Shown piece after piece: positions 1 through 10,400 of a DNA stretch of 64,000 bases. How positions within the stretch are numbered: the first letter of the stretch is position 1; every line of letters begins with the position of its first letter. Source of the stretch: Tubulanus polymorphus (taxonomy: Eukaryota > Animalia > Nemertea); the NCBI RefSeq assembly GCF_964204645.1, contig NC_134029.1:8644850-8708849 (forward strand). Direction: 5' to 3'. Under the pieces are notes generated by a model. It was given only the letters and a program-made list of their open reading frames with translations. It ran no database searches and was not told where the DNA came from. The position numbers and the translations under genes were made by a program.

Positions 1-131
1 CACGTGTTGTTGCAAGGTGAACTTACCATCACAGACGATTCCTTGATAGAGTCTGTGCGATCGGCGCGTGCGATGCAAACTTGACAGACGATCAGCGACG
101 CTATCAAAAGCGCTCCCAGTTGTTGCTCCAT
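1..131 (-). CDS. 5' end (signal peptide, start of exon 1) of a third GRL101-like receptor copy that continues off the left edge
   Basis: Positions 1-541 are nearly identical to 13314-13854 and 26621-27164; reads MEQQLGALLIASLIVCQVCIARA on the minus strand. Confidence 0.85.
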   Translation of the reverse strand, partial: MEQQLGALLIASLIVCQVCIARADRTDSIKESSVMVSSPCNNT

Positions 132-954
132 AGCAAACAACACGATACAATGAATGAAATTCCTTCACGATTCAAATTCTGCCCGGTTGTCCACGGATCT
201 TCAAGTCCAATCAATTAATGATGTAGAATTCTAAATTTCTTACTTACGAAATGAATTATTCACTCTATTTCGCAAGAATATTCAATTTCAGTCGTAAATA
301 TTGACGCGCGCCCAATTATAATTTTGATATGCCTAAATTAATTTTCGTATCGTTCACGTTTTTTGTCTGGATGATAATCTTTTACACGATACTTTATCAT
401 TTTCGCTGATGTACGGCGCATATATAGAACACGTCATTCCGTCTAGCACCACCAATTTCATAATGCCCGCAAATGCGGAATTTGATAGAAAAGTCCCTAG
501 CCGTGAAGGAAAAGATCAGAGCTGTTGATTAGATCGAGGAAAGTAATAGGGGTAATGGGCTTTCTGATCAATGGTCGAAGGGTCGAGCTCGTAAAAAAAT
601 GAAAATAACAATAATTTACAGTTGAATTAGTCGCGCACACTCCTAATTCAACTGGAAATGAACATAATTTACATGAATTTCATATATTTTAAAATCATTT
701 ATACGTTAATTACAAAAGTGTGAGTAAAGTGTGAGTAATAATTCATATTTAACAGATTTCGAGTAAAAATATAAGTAAAATAAATGGATAACTAAAAGAG
801 TATAAAAGTGTGAGTAAAGTGTGAGTGAAATAGTTTATATTTTAAACATATTTCAATATTCATATTTGTATGAGTTCGATTTTTAAACATTAAAAGTGTC
901 AGTAAAGTGTGATTGAAATAATTCATATTTAAAACATTGAATATTTATATTTGA

Positions 955-1608
955 ATGAGTTTTAATAAAAATTTTGTTATAAAAATGAAGAAAGAAGAAG
1001 AAGAAGAACCCAACTTTAAAATCGAAATCAATGAAACCAATAAATCATTTTCGCAGTTTTACATTAAAAATTATATTTCAGCAACAAATTTAGTGTCCGC
1101 AAGACATTATAAAATCGATAACATAACTATGATTAATCAAATATTATCAAATGAAACATATTTAATTACTGAACTAGTAGATCCTTTTGATAATGGTGTT
1201 AAAAATCCTAAAGTATTCAATACAGTTTTAAATTTTAAAGGAACTTTAGATGAAAACATAATTAATATTCTTAAAACTCCTTTCAATGAAAGAAATAATG
1301 ATATAATACTTTCAAAAGATTCCAATGATTTGATTAACTTAAGAATTGAAAAAAGACAATTATATTATTTCAATTTTGATAATAAACAAATTATCTATAA
1401 TGAGAATTCATCAAATATTGGAATTCAATGTGAATTAGATAATGAAAAATCATTTAAAGATATTGCAGTTCAATGTAAATTAGATGATGAATTTAGAAAA
1501 TTCAATCCTAATGAAAAAGTGCATTGTTATTGCGGAGGTAAATATCTAAAATCACATAAATCAAAGCATTATGAAACAATTAAACATAAAAACTGGCGTA
1601 AAGAGTAA
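955..1608 (+). CDS. Hypothetical protein with C-terminal CxC..H..H zinc-finger-like motif (possible true start 985)
   Basis: 217-codon ORF in very AT-rich DNA, ending HCYCGGKYLKSHKSKHYETIKH; internal repeat IGIQCELDNE/IAVQCKLDDE. Confidence 0.7.
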   Translation: MSFNKNFVIKMKKEEEEEPNFKIEINETNKSFSQFYIKNYISATNLVSARHYKIDNITMINQILSNETYLITELVDPFDNGVKNPKVFNTVLNFKGTLDENIINILKTPFNERNNDIILSKDSNDLINLRIEKRQLYYFNFDNKQIIYNENSSNIGIQCELDNEKSFKDIAVQCKLDDEFRKFNPNEKVHCYCGGKYLKSHKSKHYETIKHKNWRKE

Positions 1609-1664
1609 CAATTCTACATTATAATTATTGAATTGAGTTAAATGATTTAAATATCTAATAGACT

Positions 1665-2175
1665 GTTAAAATGATAAATTGTTTTAAAGTTAAAATGATA
1701 AATTGTTTGACAGTTGAAATGATAAATTGTTTGACAGTTGAAATGATAAATTGTTTGACAGTTGAAATGATAAATTGTTTGACAGTTGAAATGATAAATT
1801 GTTTGACAGTTGAAATGATAAATTGTTTGACAGTTGAAATGATAAATTGTTTGACTGTTGAAATGATAAATTGTTTGACAGTTGAAATGATAAATTGTTT
1901 GACTGTTGAAATGATAAATTGTTTGACAGTTGAAATGATAAATTGTTTGACAGTTGAAATGATAAATTGTTTGACAGTTGAAATGTTAAATTGTTTGACA
2001 GTTGAAATGATAAATTGTTTGACAGTTGAAATGATAAGACAGTTGAAATGATAAATTGTTTGACAGTTGAAATGATAAATTGTTTGACGATTGAAATGAT
2101 AAATTGTTCGACAGTTGAAATGATTAGACAGTTGAAATGATAAATTGTTTGACTGTTGAAATGTTAAATTGTTTG
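1665..2175. repeat. 24-bp minisatellite (GTTGAAATGATAAATTGTTTGACA)n, about 21 units
   Basis: Direct tandem units with no spacers; a few ACT/ACA and shortened variants. Confidence 0.95.
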
Positions 2176-2273
2176 GTTGTAAATTTAATTGTTATTCGAT
2201 TTGAAACATATAAAAGTTAAATATTTCTAAAATATCAAATATTTATCAATTTAATAATTTATTTCTTAAATAA

Positions 2274-2492
2274 ATGGATGGTTTCATTCCAACTGGGAAA
2301 AGTGATTTGAAACATTATTTAGTTGCTGGAGGTTTAATATTAGCAGCATTATATTTTTACTATGAGAATATTTCAAAAGATTTGATGAATGAAAATAATA
2401 AATTGAGTAAAAAATTAAAGAAGTTAAATGGAAACAATCACAGAAATAGAAAGAATAAAAAAGTTAATTTAGAAAATGATTTAGAGGATTAA
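2274..2492 (+). CDS. 72-aa small protein with one TM helix and a basic C-terminus
   Basis: ATG in TAAATG context; hydrophobic YLVAGGLILAALYFYY followed by a K/N-rich tail. Confidence 0.5.
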   Translation: MDGFIPTGKSDLKHYLVAGGLILAALYFYYENISKDLMNENNKLSKKLKKLNGNNHRNRKNKKVNLENDLED

Positions 2493-2530
2493 AACAGCAT
2501 CTTTTAATTTCATATATTTTGACTATAAAA

Positions 2531-2833
2531 ATGAGTGAAAATATATTAAACTTATTACATCTAATATATAAAAATCAACAGAATATTAAATCAATTATTA
2601 TGCTTACAGGTTTATTTTCATTCTCAGTTTATACTATAAAACAGTTGTTAGAATTCTATGATTGCTGTAAAATTAGACACACTGAATTAATAGAAAATAT
2701 AAATTATATTTCAGATAGATTGAATAATATTAAATGCTGTGAAATATGCAATAAAAGATATAAAAATTTAAAGAGTTTAAAAACTCATAAATATATTCAT
2801 GAACTTGATGAAAAATTATATGATTCAAAATAA
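2531..2833 (+). CDS. ~100-aa protein with a hydrophobic segment and a C2H2 zinc finger
   Basis: CEICNKRYKNLKSLKTHKYIH fits C-x2-C-x3-Y-x5-L-x2-H-x3-H; ATG at 2531. Confidence 0.65.
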   Translation: MSENILNLLHLIYKNQQNIKSIIMLTGLFSFSVYTIKQLLEFYDCCKIRHTELIENINYISDRLNNIKCCEICNKRYKNLKSLKTHKYIHELDEKLYDSK

Positions 2834-3706
2834 GAAATCGACTGTTAAATTAGCTGAAAATATAAAATATATTAGTTGAAATGTATGAAAATAAGTAAAT
2901 TATATTTACGTTAAAAAAGGAGGGTTGAGGTATCAATGTATTAAATATGTATTAAATACGTATCAAATACGTATTAATGGTATTTAATACGTATTAATGG
3001 TATTAAATACATATTATGCTTTATTTCTGAAAATGAAGTAACAGAAGTAATTTATGTTTTAATTCATTCAAGTATGATATTGTAATTCTTTACATTTGAC
3101 TAGGATAATACAAGAGTGATATTAGTTAGTTGGCTTATTCAATAAGAGAAACAATGAAATAATACAAGAGTGATACGGAAATAACCGCACCAAAACGAAA
3201 TCCTCTTTGTTTTGGTGCGCCAAAACGAACTTTCATTACTAATTTATTATTATTTCATTATCGGCGCAGAGGTGCCGACTAACTTGATCATCAGCTCGAG
3301 AGCTCAGTACTCGTTGCCCGAGAAAGCAGTTGTTTACTGCAACTTCAATCAGTTGTATAAAATTGACTCGGCCACGTTGGAGATGTGGTGTGCAATATAC
3401 TGAAACGCGTGCCGAACAGCGTGCTGTGGCTGCTGCGCTTTCCACAAGTTGGCGAACCGAATGTGCTTGCTGCCGCTCAGTCGTTCGGTCTCAGCTCAAA
3501 GAAGATCATCTCGGTTGCTCCGAAGGTAGGTTTGTCTTCTGTGTAGAATATACTCGGATCACTCATCGTTTCGCCTTTTCAGCGCGTTCGAACTCCTTCG
3601 ATTTCCCTACTTCACGTGACAGTGCGCTACGCTCGGGTTGGATCTTTCTGGATGGTGAAGTTTTGTTCGACTCTAGTCTAGTACCTAGCCGTTATTCCTC
3701 AAACAA

Positions 3707-5076
3707 CCGTCTGTCCGTCCGTCTGTCCGTCCGTAGAAAGAATCCAGTTATTTTGGGAAGTTTTGATGACGCTTCAAGGTAATGTCTTGATATTTGGTTT
3801 ATACATGTATCTACCCTAGACACATCTTCAGCCAAAAAGCTGCCCCTGTCAGATTCAAGATGGCCGACTGGCAGCCATTGTTGTTTGCCAAAATCAGCAC
3901 TTTTTACACATTTTCGAAGTTTTGGAGGGAATTTTTGAAGACGCTTTTATCAATTACCTTGATCGTCGGTATATATTTGTATCTCCCAAGGGCCCATCAG
4001 CATGAGAAAAATTCGGTCGATCAGACTCAAGATGGCTGTCCTGTGACCTTTTTTGAGCCCCAAAATGTCACTTTTGGCCTGAATTCTGAGTCCTGTAGGT
4101 TCCTAATGGTTTGCCATTTTTCATTGCAATTGATGGATATTCTTTGGAAAGGTATCATTTATACCCGAGATGGGTATATATGATCAGGCAATTATGACGC
4201 AATTGGCGGCCATCTTGGTGACATGAGTACTCATTCGTAGGTGGAGAAATGTTTTTCCACATTATATTGATACTTAGGCATATTTTGTTTCCACAATCAA
4301 TTGGAAAGTTGTAGCGCATGATATGATCTATGATCGTGGTGAGTTTCAAGGTCATTGGTTTTTGTATATGGCCATCAGGGGGCGTTGAACAATACAATAA
4401 CTTAGTATTTCTATATTATATTCGTACCTATGGATATATTGCTACCACAATCAATCAAAAGTTGTAGCTCATGACATGGTCTATAATTGTGGTGAGTTTC
4501 AAGGTCATTGGATTTTGCATATGGCCACCAGGGGGCGTTAAACAATAGAATTATTTAGTATTTCTATATTAAATTCGCACCTATGCATGTTTTGTTACCA
4601 CAATCAATTGGGATGTTGTAGCTCCTGATACAGTCTATGGTTGTGGTGAGTTTCAAGGACATTAGTTATTCTATATGGTCACTAGGGGGCGTTGAAAAGT
4701 AGAATAACTTAGTATTTCCTTATTATATTGGTACCTAGGCATATTTTGTTACCATGATCAATTGCAAAGTTGTAGCTCATGACATATTCTATGATTATGG
4801 TGAGTTTCAAGGTCATTGGCCTTCGCATGGTCACCAGGGGAGATTGAATAGTAGAATAACTTAGTATTTCCATATCCTATCGGTAACTAGGGATATTCTG
4901 TAACCACAATCAATTTCAAAATTGTAGCTGCTCACATGTTCTATGATTGTGGTGAGTTTCAAGGTCATTGGATTTTTTCAAGATCATTTGATGGGGCTTT
5001 GAAAATTGAAATTGTTAGATTGTTGAGCATTTGAAACCACTCCCCAAGTGGGCATGGTGTCCCTGGACCCCTAGTT
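3707..5076 (+). mobile_element. Non-autonomous Helentron/HINE (DINE-1-like) element with an internal ~154-bp tandem array; 5' end not found
   Basis: (GTCY)n microsatellite at 3707-3734; five ~153-155-bp units (GGTGAGTTTCAAGG at ~4338, 4491, 4645, 4799, 4951); 3' short hairpins then CTAGTT. Confidence 0.7.
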
Positions 5077-5378
5077 ATATTTGATGGTTCACACACGCGT
5101 AAAATCGATCAACTCGTATTAGTCACATGTGTATAATAGTCGTGCGCGTGTGCATAGTTCTCTCAATCCTGGCTTTAGAAGTAAAATCTTGTTCTTCATT
5201 GATTTATCACATTTTATCGAATGAAAAAATTGCTGTTGATAAAATTGCGAAAACCTATGTTTTTGTGTTAAATTTTTTTTAGCTGGTTTAAGAGCCGATT
5301 GTTGATTTCCTTCACGATGATGATAATAATCCCGAGGCAAAAACTACAGATCACGATGATGATGACGACAACGATGAC

Positions 5379-5379
<1 letters not shown>

Positions 5380-5433
<54 letters not shown>
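5380..5433. repeat. (GAT)18 microsatellite; (GAT)10 in the other unit at 18696-18725
   Basis: Read directly. Confidence 0.95.
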
Positions 5434-6499
5434 CGCATTACAATGGATATATACAGTTTAAGCTGCTGGATTTGTATATGGGGACGTCGATTGGGGACGC
5501 TGTCAAATCACCCTTTCGGTCAATTTTACCATTCTTTAGACCCCTCATCTTGTTATTTTAATGACCACCCCCTCCCCCATCCGTACTACGGTACATTTTG
5601 AAAGACCCTTCGGCCTACGAATTGGCCATTAGAATTGTTGAGCTACCTTTAATTGAAAAACGCTCCGAGATATGCTCATTTCAGTCAACCGCCGGTTTAC
5701 CGACCACATCGGTGCAGAACGATTTTGGCGGTATATATCGACGAGTATGGTGGTATATCGGGGCTTGTCAAATGATAACTCCAAGATCGGAGTGGTTTAC
5801 TATGTATTTGTAATTGAGATGTACATTGAGAAAACCTGGCGGTAGGCGGGGAGGGTGGTATATCGGGGTAGACTGTATATTAAATAAAAGTAAGTAGCAT
5901 ATTTAGAGGGGTCGATATTACTGTAATATGATATTATGCATCAGTGTATGGCATAATTTTGGATATCCCGTCCACAAAGTATAAACATTTTCTGAAGAGA
6001 CCTGCTATCAGAAAAGTACGTACATTCTTCTTAGAGACATGCTGGCACTGATTTCAAGATCAATAGTGTAATGAGTTATACGGTCACTGTCGCTGTTTGA
6101 AGTGCGAGTATTTGCAGTCATGGTTTTTCTCGATGCTCCTCCGCGTCTCGACGTCAAAATCAATCGAATGGCTACAAGAATCACTGTCGGGATTATACTT
6201 TATAGGACTAACAAACTCTACTATTTCAACTTTTTTTTACGAAATAAAAGTCCAAGTCCGTGTCCATCTTTCGTGTCCAGTGCACTGATTAATACAAGCG
6301 CTTACAGCGTGGTTTATTTCAGCAGTTACGTCCAGTGATAGTGTGTGACTGTACAGCCGAAGCTGTAAGTGAAATACGATCTATGTATGACACACACAGA
6401 TAAACATGTCCGCAACAGGCAAACATGAGAAAATGAATATGCCGGTGTTGTTTGAACATTTGATAATACATATAAAATACAGTGAATTTATGCCGAAAC

Positions 6500-7300
6500 C
6501 GAAGATAGTAATGCTGAAAATGACGTAGTGATATATGAATGATCAGATTTACGTGAAACGGTTTGTAATCAGCATGAGGGATTTTGTTACAGATTTCATA
6601 TTGTTCAGTAGTCCTTTAAATGATGTTTTGACGTGCATCTTAAGTAGAATTAACGGGTCATTTTGTTGTTCAGTTTTGATGGGTAAAATTGTAAGTTTGC
6701 GGGTGGATTTGATATTTCATTTTGATAGTACATTTATAGCTATGCCATTATATTTGGCTTAACCTAAATCCAGGACAAACAGACTGGCTCCCCATTATCA
6801 GTTCATCCAAACTTGGGGTAGCAAAATATGGGAAAAGAAAAAAATTTTAAAACTACACAGATTGATTGGGAAAAACTTTAAACTGAAGATCACGTATCTT
6901 ACTGAGCTGCCAATTAATCACGACGAATACGAACAGAACTCCGCAAAAACAATCAAGCTTCCTGTTGAAAAGGAACGTTTTAATCTTGCATGAAACGAAC
7001 GATTTTGTGAGAAATGTAACTTAGGCGATCCAGGTATATCAGCAATCCATATCCACAACACTTAGAATTTAGGAAAAAGTATATAGCGCACCATTTCTAG
7101 AAACGTCCAGATATCACGTTAAATTGCTAAACCGTGAAAAGAAGCCAACGTATAAAACTAGGCAAGTATACTTGGATAACTATATTTTTAAATGAAAAGT
7201 GAAGTATCGATTTTTAAGCCTATATTATTTTGAAGATTTTCTGCATTATATTTTCATGTATGAATTTTTCGGACCATTTCATAGTAAGGAGAATAAAGTT
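6500..7300 (+). mobile_element. Degenerate 3' fragment of a non-LTR retrotransposon (CR1/L2-like); duplicate at ~19790-20590
   Basis: Frameshifted remnants TELRK..LPVEKERF..ERFCEKCNLGD resemble the C-terminus of invertebrate LINE ORF2. Confidence 0.45.
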
Positions 7301-7445
7301 ATAACTTGATAATAGGATAGGACTAAGGACTACGATTCGGACAACCGATTTTTGCTCCCGAGAAACAGAATCATGAATGCAGAAAACCCGTTACCGCTGT
7401 TTGGATTGTTGCTTGATCATCTCTCCTTCCCCTGCAGCATGTTAT

Positions 7446-10400
7446 TTATCTTCTAATATTTTGCTTGCGTTTAGCTTTTGCTCGAACCGATTTCATATCG
7501 ATAGTCAATATGGTGTAAAGAAGGGGATTGATGGACGAGTTGATCGGTAAGAAAAGAACCGCCAGCCAAGCCGCCACTTGATTCGGTATTTCTACCCGTA
7601 ATACCACGCAAATCTGAACGGTTATTATCGGCAGCCAGCAAAATAGATTACACAGATTTATCACCAAACTCCTGCGTGCCAAAATTAATTCGGTAGGATC
7701 AGCTCTTCCCGACCCAGACCTGCTTCCAGATACGAGTCTATACATTTGCGCATAGGTCGCCATTATCGTGGTCAGTATGACCGAGTTAAACACGGTAAAA
7801 ATAGCGAATGAATATTGCAAGGCATCGACATCAATGGAAATCAAATTCACAGGCAAACAAACTCCCGTAGTACCGTAAAAATTGTTCCCGAAATAAGACG
7901 ATAGTACAAGTGGCACTAATGAAAAAAATCCTATGATTATCCAAATGAGCGAGCAAATAATTGACACATATCTCGGAGATGTAATCGGACTTCCTGAAAA
8001 TGGATTAACGATATTTGAGAATCTATGACGCGTAAGAATGCATAAGAAAGTCAACGAGCCTTCGCAGGATAGAGTCACCGTAACTCCAGCGAAACTACAC
8101 AATGAGCTGTGCGTCCAAGTTTCTGAATTAAGGAAATAAACTCCTTTATGAACGTAATCTGCTCCTGCGATCAAAAACAGATAGATCGACATCAGAAAAT
8201 CACAAATCGCGACGTTGATAATAATGATGTCAGAGGATGTGTTTCGATTTTCGGAGGATGAAAGTCGAATTGATCGAAAACGAAATAAGATAACGATGTT
8301 ATTCAAAATGAACGTGAATGCAGAAATAACCCAGATGATAGCTCGGAGGACTGGGTTACCCATCAGATCGGAACAGGTGGAAAATTGATCAGCTTCTGGA
8401 AGGCAGAGATCAACATTCGGAGCCATGCAGCAAAACTTGTAAGCATCAGACGTTAAGGAAACTAATGATGTCAGATTGTCGAAAACATTTCTGTCGACAG
8501 AAATCGTTTTCGAATTGTAGGTGATATCAAGGATTCCAAGGTCATTCAACTCAGAAAAAGCGTACAATGAAATATACAAGATTTTGTTACCGCTGATATT
8601 CAAAGACTGTAATGAGAAGAGACCTTGGAAAACGTATTCAGCTAAAACGAACAGAGAAAGTCCGTGAAGATCGAGTCCTCGAAGCGAACTCAAACCTAAA
8701 AAACTGCCTCCTTCCAAATATCTCAGCGGATTTCCAGTTATGGATAACTCTTTCAAATTATACAAGCCGGTGAATGTATTCGCGGATAATGATGTTATGT
8801 TATTGTATGAAAGGTCTAATGAGTGTAGGTTATGCAGATTTGAGAACGACTGGGGTAAGATATAAGACAATTCATTTGAGGAAATGTCGAGAACGTAGAG
8901 ATAATAAAGTATATGAAATGTCGACTGGTTGAAATGAATTTGATTGATAGACAAGATTAAAACACGAACTGATGCCGAGAAAAGGTCAGTAATATCTGTT
9001 AAACCGGTATTTCTGCAATCAATCAAATGACCTTGACATTTACAGCCCCTCGGACACGTGACGCTACAGAAGTCCTCATCATCAGTCGTATATTGACAAT
9101 TTACGACGCCATCGCAAACTTCAGATTGTGGAATACACCGATGTTCCTGGCCACATTTAAACATTCCCGGACATGAAAATATCTTGCAGTTTTGTTCGTC
9201 TTCTGAATTGGGACAATCTGATTGACCATTGCACACCTGTCTGATTGGTATGCAGTACGATGCTGGGCATTTTACAGTTCCAGCTGGACATTCAAATTCT
9301 TCACATCTCAATACGTGCTCGAGATTTCTACAAACTGGGTAACCATTTGTCATTCTATCTAGAATACATCTGTGACGTCTCGAATAGCAATGAGGAGAAT
9401 TGAAAGAACATCTTTGTTCATCAGATCCCGCACAGAGATTTGTGAAGTTAAGCGAACAGTGGTTCTCATCATTACATTGTATCGTAGGATTCACTGTCAC
9501 GTCAGTAGTTGTTACTAATTCGTCTTCTTCAAGGCTTCCACTACAATCCACGACACCATCCTGATAGAACTGAGAACTGATACAGTCTCCACTATTACAC
9601 AGGAACCCCTGACATAGTAAAGCGGTGCATTTTGTTTCATCGGAACCATCTTTACAGTTAACTACACCATCACATCTGTTAGACCTATTAACACATTGAC
9701 CACTGATACAGCGAAATTGCCCGGGCATACATGGGGGATGGAAACACGAGTTTTCATCTGAACCATCCAGACAATTTTGAATGAAATCACACAAACCACT
9801 GATTGATATCACATGACCTTCATAGCATTGAAAATGACTGTGTAAATTTATATCTGTACAATTGAGTTCATCTTCGCCGTGTTGACAGTCGTCTCTCGTA
9901 TCACATACGCGATGGTCGCTGATACATCTTTGATCGTTACATTTAAACTGCCACGATTTACAACCGCTTATAGAAGCTAACTCTTCATCGGTGACATTAT
10001 ATGAACACAAAACAGAATGCGCTGTATCTGTAGCATTATCAAACTCTTTCGTCATCCATTTAATTGATTGAATATGAGTAATATCATCTCTATTGATTAC
10101 TGGGATTATAACAAGCAGTCTGTCATTAGAAGTCATCATTAGTATAGAGCTATACTGATGTTGAATATGAAATGTTCTTATCAAGTTCATTGTAACGTTT
10201 TCTGTGTGAGAGGTTATGACAGTGCCTATTTCACCACGGATACTATGACACATCTCTGTCGCGGATTTCGTATCTAAACCTCCATGATTGTTCCAGTCCG
10301 TCAATATTTGATAGCATTGTCGATTTATGCTTACCCAACCAATCGTACAGCTCGAGTCATTGAAAACATTATCGAGAAATGTATTTTCACGAAGCAAAAA

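Larger units (their letters stand above)
542..3240 (+). mobile_element. AT-rich virus-like or mobile island, copy 1 (unclassified; possibly Polinton/Maverick- or virus-derived)
   Basis: Sharply more AT-rich than its flanks; three co-oriented intronless ORFs; hairpins at 619-654 and 3186-3226; 6-bp inverted termini AGTAAT (542-547) and ATTACT (3235-3240). No hallmark enzyme seen. Confidence 0.5.

Noticed and set aside
1665-2175. CRISPR array, or bacterial promoter array (TTGACA in each unit)
   Set aside because: No unique spacers, no cas genes and a eukaryotic context; it is a plain minisatellite
542-3240. Intact Maverick or autonomous Helitron
   Set aside because: Only a 6-bp terminal match, no TSD, and no pPolB, integrase or RepHel ORF
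3212-4397. Overlapping 60-160 aa ORFs
   Set aside because: They span a repeat boundary, shift frame between the two units and have no recognisable domain
4270-4975. ~154-bp repeats as a CRISPR-like or novel array
   Set aside because: Whole units are homologous and lie inside a HINE-like element, a known structure
5299-5601. Poly-Asp ORF
   Set aside because: Product of the (GAT)n microsatellite, with a non-ATG start
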